DNA of 63,553 bases, the filler included, from Perkinsus olseni (lineage: Eukaryota): assembly GCA_013115125.1 (NCBI GenBank). It is 29 parts of 29 records of this genome, joined end to end, with 100 filler letters (N's around TTAATTAATTAA, not from the genome) between each part and the next. Parts side by side here need not be neighbours in the genome. Positions count along the whole stretch, not along the records: positions 1 to 2,141 come from JABANN010001636.1; positions 2,242 to 4,376 come from JABANN010001637.1; positions 4,477 to 6,607 come from JABANN010001638.1; positions 6,708 to 8,834 come from JABANN010001639.1; positions 8,935 to 11,061 come from JABANN010001640.1; 24 more parts are not named here. One strand, written 5' to 3'. Positions 1 through 11,161 of the stretch are shown one piece after another (position 1 is the first letter of the stretch; each line of letters starts with the position of its first letter). A model generated the notes under the pieces. The model did not search any database and was not told where the DNA came from. It saw only the letters and a program-made list of their open reading frames with translations. The translations under genes were made by a program, and so were the position numbers.

Positions 1-634
1 TAAGACTATCAAATGTGAACAATAGTATCGCTCGCCCAAGATAACACAACTATGCGCCGAGAGACGCATCAGTCTCTGTTTCAGACTCCTTGTCGACTCT
101 CCTCCTCGCTGGGTCTAGCTTCGTCCTGTTGGGTTTGCCCCTGTGGACTCTTCCTGGCGTTTGGTCAATCGCTGCATTTAGTGACGCTTGACTTCAGCTG
201 CACTTCAGCTTGAATAGTATCACTACAACTACAGCTACTTCCACCATAACTACTACTCGGGGGTTCTCTACTGGGCCTCTTGTTCCCCTCTTCTTCATTT
301 CTTTTATTTTTCTTTTCAAAAGATCGGCCTCTTTTCTTTTCTTCTCTTTTCTTTTCGAACACTAAGCACGTAGCACTAGAGTCATCATTGTAGGTTATAC
401 AACAACAGCGGTCACTATGAAAAAATATATCAACATTTGCTGGGGGTAAATGGTACAGGTTGCTTCGTGAATTGGCAGCACAAAAGGGTTCCACATTAGA
501 CGGATTATACGACACTGGCCGGATGAAGAGCGGCTCAGAAGTATTATACAAATGGGACGAAAATAGTTGAGCATTAGCGGTAGTGTTACGGGCATATTTT
601 ACAAGAGCAGATTCTCCGGAGCGTGGTCCGCCAA

Positions 635-1500
635 TTACTGAAAACCCTGCTGGGCTACATTCGTACGCGCACCGACGATGCTCGCAATTTGGTCGAGTCT
701 GGTCGATAGGGCCAGGAATTTGCTGTCCATCTGCTCGGGGCTCCTATTACTTCTCTGGTTGAAAGGTCTCCACCATCTGACTCCACACCCGTGGTTCCTC
801 AGAACAGGTCCGCAAGAGTTGACGAAATCTTTAGCAACCTCTGGGGTAGTAAAGGAGACCACTATAGGGCGCACTCTACTCGGGTTTTCCGAATCATATT
901 TACCCATTCTTCTCGCCGTTCTCAGTACATCGTCCTTGGGGTTGAGTTTAATGCTATGCAATACCGAGAGAAGCTGCTCTTTAACCGAAGGACGACTGCG
1001 TACAGACTCAGGCAGCCCCTGGGGGTCAAAGATTCGCTGCGTCGGTGGGATAGTGCCATCCTTCTCGTCTGGTTCCGGAATACCGTATACCACGACCCGC
1101 GCGTTGGTTCTGAAATCGAAGGGTCTCGCTCCTGAATAGCCAGTACCGTTAGATCTTTCATCAGTGCCATATTCTGTCGAGCCGGTTACCGTCGGGCTCA
1201 TTACCACTTCACACACGGGATCAGCGCTTTGCTGGGGTAGGCTCCTTGACGAAACGGCAAGCGGCTTGGCTTGTACTGCCTCTGCGATCGAGCGAAGCAT
1301 GACTGTGAGTCGATCTTGCTGTCCAAACTTCCGACCCGCGATTCCATTGCTTTCACTTCATTGGTCACAGCAATCAGACCCTGCTCCATGGTATTCACTC
1401 TCTGACCAACTTTGGTCAAATAATCGGTGATGCTGGTCTCGGTGCCATCTGTCTCCTTAGATATAACTCTATCTTGCTTGCTTGCGAGAGCAGCCGTCAC
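635..1500 (-). CDS. LINE ORF1-like protein (coiled coil plus RRM-like domain), split across two frames
   Basis: Heptad-like segment (VGQRVNTMEQGLIAVTNEVKAMESRVGSLDSKID) in 1201..1500. Then VVVYGIPE...ARRMGK...RVRPIVVSF in 635..1300, the motif pattern of L1/CR1-type ORF1 RRMs. Frame change near 1300. Confidence 0.55.
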
Positions 1501-1506
1501 AAGCCG

Positions 1507-2141
1507 TCACATCGCGAGAATAAGGGGTACCATAGAAGTTTGATAGTCTTGCTTCACGTCATCATACTCTACGCGTGACGCACCAACGAAGAACAGTTGA
1601 GCCGCACAACCGCGAATTGAGCTCTGCTGCCCATCGCAGTACAGGGTTATGCCCTGAGTCTCCCCAGCGCAGCGCTGCAAAAAGTAGGCTGACTGCAAAC
1701 ATAGAGTGCTTGACACAGGCACCGCGAAAGCTGACTTGTCGACGTAGTGATCCAGGCTGATAATAAATGGGCGAAGATGCGACCCAGCATCCAGAGCACT
1801 CATCGCCTTATCCCACTCCAGCAGATCCCATTTGAAGGGCTCGAGGTCTTTGATGAAAGCACCAACTGTTTCGAGGCACTGTTTCCGCAGAGACTTGGCA
1901 TAGCTCCTCTTTAAGTTGCTGATTGCCTCTTTCACTCGCTTTCGTTGGTTGATAGCATCGGCTGACTCTGGCACTGCACCACCGCAATCTTTAAGAAAAA
2001 ACTTGTTATACAGCATAGTGGCCGTGGTGGAGGGATTGACCTCGATGCATTTCAACATAGCCATACGGACCTTCGGTGGGAATTTGACATATTTCGCCTC
2101 TTTGCTATCTTCCCTAGCAATATCGCCATGACACTCGCGAT
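1507..2141 (-). mobile_element. Mutator/MULE-like transposase fragment (start of DDE domain)
   Basis: ITLYCDGQQSSIRGCAAQLFFVG...MVPLILAM matches the pattern around the first catalytic Asp of MULE transposases. The ORF stops before the rest of the domain. Confidence 0.45.
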
Positions 2142-2385
2142 NNNNNNNNNNNNNNNNNNNNNNNNNNNNNNNNNNNNNNNNNNNNTTAATTAATTAANNN
2201 NNNNNNNNNNNNNNNNNNNNNNNNNNNNNNNNNNNNNNNNNTAGCGCGCGCCCGGGGCCCCTCCCCCTGCGCGCGGAGGGATTTGAGCGGCAGGAAAGGC
2301 CATCCACCTAGTCGACGACCGCTTCGGCAATGGTCCCGAGCATGCTCGGTGCACAATCCCGTGCCGCGATAGGAACGAGTCGGAG

Positions 2386-4265
2386 ATGGTGGAGTATTTC
2401 GTTCGTGAAGTTCTTGAACAGACGGGCGCTGCTAACCCGCAGAAGACAACGATTCTTCTCCGCGTGCAGATGTCAGAGCAAGGAGGTGGCCTCCAGATGT
2501 CAAGCGGCATCAATATACTTGGGGCCTTTGCTTCGAAGAAGGTGCGCGAGAATGAGATTCCGGTTATATCATCTAATTCTGAAGTTGTGGTGCAGCATAG
2601 CGCTCCTCCCTCTCCATCATCTGATGCCGACGACGCGGGCAATGCTGTTGGTCTCGACTCCGCCCCGGAAGAGGACGACCAGGTCTCGCTTGGCAAGCGA
2701 GTGGTTTACAGGCGTCGGCCATACTGGAATATTGGTTCCGTAGAGCTCTCCCTGAAGGAACAGTATGAAACCGCCTGCCGAGAACGCGAGGCGAAGCACA
2801 AGCGCAAGAGTAGAGCTTCCACAAGCTCACGCAGGTCATCTGTTCCATCATCCCGGATGGTCAAGCTACCCGGACTTATGCAGGAGGCCATCTTCGTGAT
2901 TGAGCGCACTGTAAAGCCCCCAGAAGGATCTAGGAAGCTTCTCGAGAGTAGTACTAGGCGAGCTTTCAGAGACCGCTACTACCGTGCTGATGAGCAAAAG
3001 GCTGTGATCGTGGCCGAGAAAGTTGATGCGTTGTCTAAAAAAACCTCCGATCTCTCGGTTGAGACTCTGACGGACATGTTTACTACAGCAGGTCTGCAGA
3101 AAAATGGAACAGCCATAATTATGGCTCCGGGAAGTAAGCAAGATTATATTCGTTGGACTAATTTGAATATCTTTTTTTGATTACGAGCTGTGCGTAGCGA
3201 CTCACTGCTCCGACTTCAGGTTGCAATTGCAACTCCATCCTGTCAGCCATCGGTTGCATCGGTGCCAAAGTTGTCCTGCCTTTGAAGCTGAGTAGCTTAG
3301 CCGACTACCCGCAACTACACGACAAACTTTTCGCCAGCATCCGCCAAGGTAGGTGTTACTCCCTCTCTTGATCCCAGCGTGCTCCCGGCTAAAGGTATCC
3401 GGGACAGAGATTTCACGCCGTGCCAGAAGATGCCCATTCGCCCGGTTAGCGAAACTCTCAGCTACGTGCTGGGAGCTAAGCGTCAGCAGATCCGACTCCG
3501 TGAAGATCGGGAAATGACTGCCGAGGAGGAGGCCAACTTTGAATGCAACGTTCTGGATGTTAGCAGAATCATCGTGAGGACAGCACTATTGGCATCACCG
3601 GTACCTTCTTCCGGCTTTTTCAGGCTCCAATAAACTACGTTACGGAATACCACTTCCCAGTGTGGCGAGAGGATCCTCTGGAAGCTGTAATTCTATGGGG
3701 GGAGCTTCCGCCTCCTCAGCAGACTTCTTAACTGCATGTCGATTTAGGTGAATGCGAAGCTCAGAAACATCACCACTGATGATTCTGTCCGTACCAGCAC
3801 CATTGATTTGTTCAGGCAGAATGTCGAGTGCGGAAAACGTGGCCAGGGCACTTGGTTGCAGTGCAGGGGGGCCTTTGAAGTTGGACAGGAAATATTTAGG
3901 TGAATCAATACTGCCGGCAGGGGCAGTTAAGCGAATCACTTGTATATTTTAGGTTTGACGGTATCACTCACTGTTGCACTCGGACCTCCAGTGTCGTAGA
4001 ACTGATTGCAGCCAAGTGCGGTCTGCAGATTGCTGAAGTCTGCAACCCTCTACCCGGTGCCATCGAGCCTACTGCTTCCGAAGATCCCTCTGACGAGCCG
4101 CGAAGAGTAACGAGCTTCAAAACACGCGAGGGATTTCCGCCAGACTCGTGGAACATCGTTGAAGTGAAGTTCTTTATGCCTACCAAGAGCAGTGAGCCAG
4201 ACTGGGTCCGAGCTACCGAATCTCTTGGAGGCCCGCAGGACTCCGGTAAGACCACTGCGAACTAG
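2386..4265 (+). CDS. Multi-exon hypothetical protein
   Basis: 264-codon first ORF ending just after a GTAAG donor near 3134, followed by further ORF pieces separated by short GT..AG segments (about 3220-3350, 3395-3600, 3953-4265). No family recognised. Confidence 0.35.
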
Positions 4266-4476
4266 GCACACACACGCAGCAAAGCCGCTAGCCGTGCGAT
4301 GTTGAGTCTGGCTTCATTGTGTTGCGATGGAGGTCGTATTAGGCGGCGATAGATTTAGCCAACCACGTGAACCAGCNNNNNNNNNNNNNNNNNNNNNNNN
4401 NNNNNNNNNNNNNNNNNNNNTTAATTAATTAANNNNNNNNNNNNNNNNNNNNNNNNNNNNNNNNNNNNNNNNNNNN

Positions 4477-4961
4477 TGAATAGCAACTTGTCCATTCGAC
4501 TCGTTCATGTATGCGACGACTTGGCGCGTTGAGTTGAGATAGTGAAGGACTACCTGAACCCCGATTGGTGGGCCGCCTGTAGAAGTGGAATTCCGGCTTT
4601 TCTCTGCGTGCACTGCAGCTTTGCCGCATTGCATGCAGTAGTAGTAGTGCTTGAAACCGTACTTCTTTGTGTAGTTTCGCCTAAGTGGGTTCAAAACTCC
4701 ACAATTCAACAAGGCCAGAAGAATGTGGACAGCTTACCTTTGGACGCAGAATTTCAAGCCCTGATTTATCCATGCTTCTGCCTCGTCTTCGTCGTCGAAT
4801 TCCATTATCTTTACCCACTTCAACCCGGGGCCTCTATGTCGGGCCCTACTGCCGTCAACTGAGCTTCCCGAGTCGGTATCATCCTCGTCCTCGCTTTCCT
4901 CTGCAGAAACTCTTTGAGCTTCCAGCACATTATGAATGAGCGGAAAGCCTTCAAACATCAC
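4477..4961 (-). CDS. FAR1/MULE-like DNA-binding domain exons, truncated by contig end
   Basis: MEFDDEDEAEAWINQGLKFCVQR joins in frame to RNYTKKYGFKHYYYCMQCGK through a 57-nt GTAAG..AG intron (4737-4681). The pattern resembles FAR1/WRKY-GCM1-type N-terminal domains. Confidence 0.4.
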
Positions 4962-5219
4962 GCTGTCTCCTCTCGAAGCTCCAGAGGATGCCCCATTCTC
5001 GCAATCGGCTTCAGCAGCCTATGCGTCGAGAGATGACATGGTACTGATAAAGCTTCTCATTACCTCTCTCGGGCCTTGAGGGTGTATCTCATGTTCCGGC
5101 TGGATTACAAATGTGGATATTGCGTCGAGATCTGTGTCGGTTAAAGAGTGTAAAAACCTGAGCATAATGACGCATGAATGCGAAATGAAGAGCATTCAGC
5201 GACTCGCTGACAGCGAGGC

Positions 5220-6398
5220 TTACTCAAGCGTTTCCTGAGGAATGTCCTCTTCTGGCAGATCGCGTTGGTCTGCTTTGCGGGCTACAATCCCCGATGGAGC
5301 CGACGGATTACCACTCGGCGGAGCAGGCCTCCACGGATGAGAGTAGAGACCGGTAGTAGCAGGAGCGGACGGAGAGGGATGACTGCTTGAGGCCGAGGAA
5401 GTGATATTGGCGTGACCATTACCACTCGGCGGAGCAGGCCTAGGAGGAANNNNNNNNNNNNNNNNNNNNNNNNNNNNNNNNNNNNNNNNNNNNNNNNNNN
5501 NNNNNNNNNNNNNNNNNNNNNNNNNNNNNNNNNNNNNNNNNNNNNCATGAGAGTAGAGACCGGTAGTAGCAGGAGCGGACGGAGTGGGATGACTGCTTGA
5601 GCCCGAGGAAGTGATATTGGCGTGACCATTACCACTCGGCGGAGCAGGCCTAGGAGGATGAGAGTAGAGACCGGTAGTAGCAGGAGCGGACGGAGTGGGA
5701 TGACTGCTTGAGGCCGAGGAAGTGATATTGGCATGAGCGTGGGTGTCACCGGCCGCAGTGTGGAACAACCGTCCCAGGTCTGCGAGGCTCACAGGCCTAT
5801 CAGACGTCCCCGGTCGAGGCTTCGCCAGATCAGCCATCGTGTATCCTTTGAGAGTAGTTCTACGGCGAGCCGGCGCAGTAGCTGTTTGGACAAACGATGA
5901 CGCTGCATATGGGTCCTCGAGGTGAGTCGCACGAGTGGATGGTATATCTGATCTGCCGCCAAGTGAGGTACTCGCAGCAACTGCCTCGAACTTGTTCAAA
6001 ATGAAGTCTGTTACCGGAGAACTACATCCATCGTCAACGGCTACCACGGCTCCGTTGGACTTCGGCTGAGTTTTCTGAGTCCCAATTCCGGCCCTACCTT
6101 TGGCCTTCGCCTTCGCCTTAGCTTTGGACTTACTCTTGGCTTTTGCCTTTGCCTTGGCCTTACCCTTAGCTTTCGCTTTCGCTTTGGGCTTGGGTTTGGG
6201 CTTGGGTTTGGCCTTGGCCTTGGCTTTCGGCTTAGACGCAGTTCGGGCACCCCACGCTGCTGTGGTAACATCAGAAACGTCGTCGAATTCGTTGTCAGAG
6301 AGTATTTCGGTCCCGTTATCACTTATGCGACGAGCACCTTGAGGGGCGGGGCTGCTCCCAGAAGAGTAACGGCGCGCTGACATGACCTCAAGTTTCAC
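5220..6398 (-). CDS. Low-complexity protein exon with Lys/Ala/Pro-rich tract and 37-aa tandem repeats
   Basis: Long ORF with KPKAKAKAKPKPKPKPKAKAKAKGKAKAK tract (about 6100-6230) and repeated ANITSSASSSHPTPSAPATTGLYSHPPRPAPPSGNGH units. It spans an internal N gap. Confidence 0.5.
   Translation of the reverse strand: MKLEVMSARRYSSGSSPAPQGARRISDNGTEILSDNEFDDVSDVTTAAWGARTASKPKAKAKAKPKPKPKPKAKAKAKGKAKAKAKAKSKSKAKAKAKAKGRAGIGTQKTQPKSNGAVVAVDDGCSSPVTDFILNKFEAVAASTSLGGRSDIPSTRATHLEDPYAASSFVQTATAPARRRTTLKGYTMADLAKPRPGTSDRPVSLADLGRLFHTAAGDTHAHANITSSASSSHPTPSAPATTGLYSHPPRPAPPSGNGHANITSSGSSSHPTPSAPATTGLYSHXXXXXXXXXXXXXXXXXXXXXXXXXXXXXXXXXPPRPAPPSGNGHANITSSASSSHPSPSAPATTGLYSHPWRPAPPSGNPSAPSGIVARKADQRDLPEEDIPQETLE
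5307..5732. repeat. 111-bp coding minisatellite, at least 3 copies, interrupted by an assembly gap (5450-5545)
   Basis: GTGATATTGGC anchor at 5401, 5611 and 5722. The 5611-5722 spacing is 111 bp and copies are near-identical. Confidence 0.9.
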
Positions 6399-6707
6399 TG
6401 AGATTGAAATTCGGCTTACGATTCGGCCAATGAAATGAGTATTCGATGTACTCGTTACTCAACGAAGGGGACTATCACGGATGGCTCCACGGAGGCAAGC
6501 CCCCACCGAAGCACTCATCGGGTCTGAATCACCCTCGCGATGCGTATGTACTGATCATGCCGTGAAATTGTCGTAGTCCGTGGTGGCACCTTTCACAAGG
6601 ATGGTCGNNNNNNNNNNNNNNNNNNNNNNNNNNNNNNNNNNNNNNNNNNNNTTAATTAATTAANNNNNNNNNNNNNNNNNNNNNNNNNNNNNNNNNNNNN
6701 NNNNNNN

Positions 6708-7760
6708 GTAGCACATGAAAGGGAACACACGACGAAACTTACGGAATACAGCTTGGGTCCAGTGGAAATAGCATACGGTTATGGACGATAACGGAAGCAC
6801 AGTCCTAATCGCTGATAGTAGGGCGGGCTCCATATCACTCATAGTACTGGCAACACGCGAAGGGCCACCGATTTTCGGAACAATGCGCTGTAAGATCTTA
6901 ATATAAGTTAATACACTGCGGTTTGGAGCAACACAGTAAAATATTGGAAGAAACCTACCACAGGGATGCTGCACTAATAGAGTTACTTGCTCCGCGAAAC
7001 GCAGTGGACAGACGGAAAATGTGGCGTCAAGACAAATATGTAGTACGTTGTTATTGGAAAGTAAACGTTGGAGAGTGCACTGGTCCCAGAAAATCAAAAC
7101 TCGCTCATCGTCTGTGCTGCCAGAATCCCACAGCAACATGTCGACCGCTTTGCCGCCTACCTTTGTAGAACAGAACTCCGGCGGGAGCGCGAAGCCCGTG
7201 AGACTCCGTGGGGGATTGGGCAGCCCAAGAGCTCGCCGCTTTTCCTTGTTCAACTTCTGGTAAATCCCGCTCTTGCTTGGCAGCTGCTGCAGCTGGGCGT
7301 CACTACATTCTGGAACTACATCTCGGAAAGCGTCCCAAGCCGGTTGATTGACGCGGAGTTCCTGAGCCTTGCGGCACATCTTGTCGAGAAGAATCTTGCC
7401 CAAGCCAGTTGCAGTGCATGTATGCTTTTCCGCCGGTGTAGCCTCGACCCATAAGTCGTCCACTGGCCCATGTAGATCGCCCACGACTTTTGCACGACCG
7501 CCGCAACCGCGACCCTTTTTGTAGCCCACACATCGCCAGTAGGAAGTATTCTCCGGTCGACGCGAAGGATTATTGAGACTATAGGCATGAGAGCCACACA
7601 CAAGATACCGACCACGTGCATGGTCGACCAAGCAGACCTCCTCCAGCCCTGAACCATCGCGCGATTCGCGCCCAGTCGCATCACGTAATTGATGCGGATT
7701 TTGCGAAGCTGACGGTTGTGAACCCTGAGTGTTGACGTCAAGTGCGTCATGAGCTAACAT
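6708..7760 (-). mobile_element. MULE (Mutator-like) transposase with FLYWCH-type zinc finger, 3'-truncated by contig end
   Basis: YLVCGSHAY...SYWRCVGYKKGRGCGGRAKV...HTC (FLYWCH-like). ICLDATFSVCP...LPIFYC...MSDMEPALLSAIRTVLP...VCYFHWTQAVFRK gives the MULE D...D and CxxH motifs. Confidence 0.9.
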
Positions 7761-7956
7761 TCGGCCAAAGGTGAAAGCTGAGGTGTAGCCAAGAGCTGCC
7801 TATCTCGGTAACTCGAATCGCGGGAAAGTGGAGTGCCAGGATCACGCTAAGATGCAAAGGTGCTGCAATCATTGCTGCGCGCTGAGGTGCTTCAATGTCG
7901 GGTGACTGCCGAAGCGGCAGTGCCGATGACGCAGTGGTTGTTCTTGCATCCACGCA

Positions 7957-8442
7957 ATGATGACCTCCGACGAAGATATTGATACCTGGATGACTATGTT
8001 GTCCCGCGTAAGTGAGTTTGTCTCACGATGCCCTCCTCTCCGTGTGGCCGAGGTCGAATGCCTATGGCACAATGGGTACCCTGCGCGGAGAAGAGGGGTG
8101 AACGCGCAGCCTGTTTATGTCGACAACTACTTCGGTCTGCTGCTGCAAGATAACGAGTCTGCTCCTGGGGACTCGGAAGTGTATTACCTCGACCCCGTTC
8201 ACGGAGGCAGCTACATTCCGCCGAAGGTGTTGGAGATAGTAAGGCAGTTGTATCCACGCTACACTACAGTGACCGCAGTACCATGCCAGCAAGAGAACGC
8301 CGAGGAGCAGAACTGTGGGTTGCTCGTCCTAGCTTGGGCAACTGAGGCTGCACTGAATACCCCCCGAGACGGTTTGTCGAGCATATGGTACTTCGTCAGT
8401 ACGACGAAGAGAGACTACGTCGTCATGCAGCTCGCTGCGTAA
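7957..8442 (+). CDS. Ulp1/C48-like cysteine peptidase domain, divergent from the MULE transposase
   Basis: SDEDIDTWM...QPVYVDNYFGLLL...VYYLDP...PCQQENAEEQNCGLLVLAWA follows the Ulp1 motif order. The catalytic His position reads Tyr (TAC). Confidence 0.6.
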   Translation: MMTSDEDIDTWMTMLSRVSEFVSRCPPLRVAEVECLWHNGYPARRRGVNAQPVYVDNYFGLLLQDNESAPGDSEVYYLDPVHGGSYIPPKVLEIVRQLYPRYTTVTAVPCQQENAEEQNCGLLVLAWATEAALNTPRDGLSSIWYFVSTTKRDYVVMQLAA

Positions 8443-9189
8443 GGAACGGTATGCCGGAGATCTTTCCCCGAAGGTGAATACAAGTTTAGAGAGATTTCAG
8501 AAGTCTTGAATTCGATTGAAGTATTGACTGGCTCGATAATGATCCGCTCTCGTATAGCCCGATGTGTAGCATAAGAGCGCATTGTGGTATGTGTTTCCGT
8601 CCGTCCGTGCTGTGATGCGTTGATGTTTAGAGAGAGGTCGCGCGGAGGGGTAGTGTGGAGCCGTGTGTCCTGAATGCGCCTGTGCGTATGATGGGGTTAG
8701 AAAAAGCAGCAAGTGGGTTTTTTTTTGAGTGGAAACGGAATTATACACGTCTGACGTCTGCAAGTGGGTTTAAGACCGTGATTGAAATGAGACCCGGGCA
8801 TTTAAAGGAATTTAGGGCGAGCGAGGTTTTTTTTNNNNNNNNNNNNNNNNNNNNNNNNNNNNNNNNNNNNNNNNNNNNTTAATTAATTAANNNNNNNNNN
8901 NNNNNNNNNNNNNNNNNNNNNNNNNNNNNNNNNNATGCCGCATTGGAGTCTGTAGAATCGGCAGGAATGCGGAATGATTCGGTTCATTTGCTCAGTTCCT
9001 CATTCAGGAACTTCGTACTGAACTTCGTACTTCGTGGACTGCGTAGCGTGAGAAACTTCGAACCAATCGGCGCAGTCCACAAGTTGAGCACCTCCAATAT
9101 CTCATGATAAAGAGAGTGAATAATCGTGTAGATATCCTTATCGTCGTCAACGGTTTCGGACTGAATTCACACCCGAGGTGCCAGCTCAC

Positions 9190-9344
9190 CTCTGATCGAA
9201 CTCGCCGGGGTCGGTGTCCTTGCCGAAGGAGAAATGATCGCGGTTCTGCTTGATCCAGCCTTCGGTGCAATTATCGACACTAGGCTGCCAGCTCAGCGGC
9301 AGCGCATGAGCAACACCGAGAAGAACAACGAGTGACGAGAGCAT
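9190..9344 (-). CDS. First exon of a secreted serine peptidase S28 (prolylcarboxypeptidase-like)
   Basis: Signal peptide MLSSLVVLLGVAHA, then WIKQNRDHFSF...EFDQR, matching the S28 QxxDHF...FxQR N-terminus. A GTGAG donor follows at 9189. No clear downstream exon. Confidence 0.55.
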
Positions 9345-10328
9345 GGGTTGGAAGCTGTGGCGTTGAATCACGATTATGGGGTCAATACTGCACTGATACG
9401 CCACAGCAGCCGTCCCATGTACACCCTTCCACTTTCATAGCGCAACTCTCCAAGCTCGTAAAGGATAAGCAAAAATGGAGAATATTTAAGATCATCTTGG
9501 AGGGGTGTATTCCGGCAAGTGACAGGCCGGGTTCCCCGCCTTGTTAAATCGGGTTACGCAACAGCTAGGTATGGGCCAAGTTTAAGATTGAGATCAACTA
9601 CTATCGCATGGCAGATCACTTGAGGCTAGCAGTAGACAACGTCACTGTGCATTGCATGGCGAGTCGTTGCCGACACGACAACAGCTCCCGATGCTCCTCA
9701 GTGGTCGCCTCTTCTTATGTGGGAAAATTTCGCCCTAACGTGGTTGCCCAGCGAGGGAATTGCCAAAAATTCTCGTAATGCATTTCCCTTGCTGGCTCAG
9801 CTCGGCTAGGCTTAGTGAAGTGCTTTTTCGAGTGGCGACGGAATTATACCGGTCTGCCATTATACTAATAACAAGTGAAAGCTTATCAACCTCAACCAGC
9901 CAAACGTCATTGGTGACGTGTTAGAAGCGCCAAGCCCGCGGCGGACCACGATGACGGCCATCGTGGTTATCATGGTCATCGGATGACCATCCCAGTCTTC
10001 GCAGAGACACAACGAGTTTTCAAGGACAAAGCAGCGTCAAATAAGAGACGCTTGCTATGTATTGCCTTCAATAAGCGTCAGTAACGTCGCGCACCAGTGG
10101 TTTCGATCAGTCACCCCTCACTATATTCAGGGAACTACACGCAACTCACAGGAAACTTAGAAGCTCACGACACTCCGTTTAGGAGTGTTAATGTGAAATA
10201 AAGTTAGGGCTCTTGTGAAAGGGAGTGTTCAAGCTGCGACGATGGGCAGCTGTGAAGGGTCAACAACAAAGGGGCAGAGCCTTACACCTGGCGGTGTAGA
10301 GACTAGCAAAGAGTCGAAGTTTTCGGCC

Positions 10329-11000
10329 TTAGTTTTCAGGAACACCATCGGGGAACACGAATGAAGGGTTCGAGAGACACTCTCTGATACTGGTGATATT
10401 ATAGTCAGCAGGGAGAATCTCGTTGCCCAGGATGGTGTCGGGGAAATCCAAGTTGTTCATTCGGCCAAGGCAATAGATGGCGTAAACAACAAACCAGAAG
10501 CGGTTGTTCTTGTCGTCGCGCATGAGACGAATAAGCTCGGCCTCGTCGAGGTGGCTTTCGGGGAAGTCGTGCTTTGGCCAAATCCCGCGGACCATTTCGA
10601 GATTTTTCCTCTGAGTGGTTGGGTTCACCTGGAACTGGACATACTTGTTGCTTGTTCGCTCGTCGACGGCGGCAAGGGCTATCATCATGCCAATGTCTTG
10701 CAGGCTGTTGGCGAAGAACACAGCGTCCCTGTTACCAAACGTCTTGACGACCTCACCACCGCTCTTTAGCGATGGGAGGAAGTAGTCGAACAACGCACCG
10801 ACGAAGATGGCGGTCCACTGCAGGCCGGACTTGTGTAGTAGCTCGAGCTTTCCCTTCTTGTCGTCGAAGAGCTCGGCCAGGCCCCAGGGAATGGCTCCTG
10901 TGTGAACGCCAAACTCGTCGGGGCAAAAGCGCGTGACGATGCCACTTTTGACGGCAGCAATAATGATGTGCTCTTCGACCGCTCTGATGGCGGCGTGTTG
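10329..11000 (-). CDS. NmrA-like / isoflavone reductase-like protein, 3' part
   Basis: IIIAAVKSGIVTRFCPDEFG...LFDDKK...SGLQWTAIFVGALFDY...SLQDIG...DERTSNK. The Rossmann N-terminus is off-contig. Confidence 0.8.
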   Translation of the reverse strand, partial: QHAAIRAVEEHIIIAAVKSGIVTRFCPDEFGVHTGAIPWGLAELFDDKKGKLELLHKSGLQWTAIFVGALFDYFLPSLKSGGEVVKTFGNRDAVFFANSLQDIGMMIALAAVDERTSNKYVQFQVNPTTQRKNLEMVRGIWPKHDFPESHLDEAELIRLMRDDKNNRFWFVVYAIYCLGRMNNLDFPDTILGNEILPADYNITSIRECLSNPSFVFPDGVPEN

Positions 11001-11161
11001 TCGTGTCGGCTGTCGCTCGCCACGCAATGTATTGTGATATTGTCTACTGCTAGGCTTAAGTNNNNNNNNNNNNNNNNNNNNNNNNNNNNNNNNNNNNNNN
11101 NNNNNTTAATTAATTAANNNNNNNNNNNNNNNNNNNNNNNNNNNNNNNNNNNNNNNNNNNN

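Noticed and set aside
5307-5732. CRISPR-like repeat array
   Set aside because: Contiguous 111-bp tandem units with no unique spacers, in frame within an ORF, and no cas genes.
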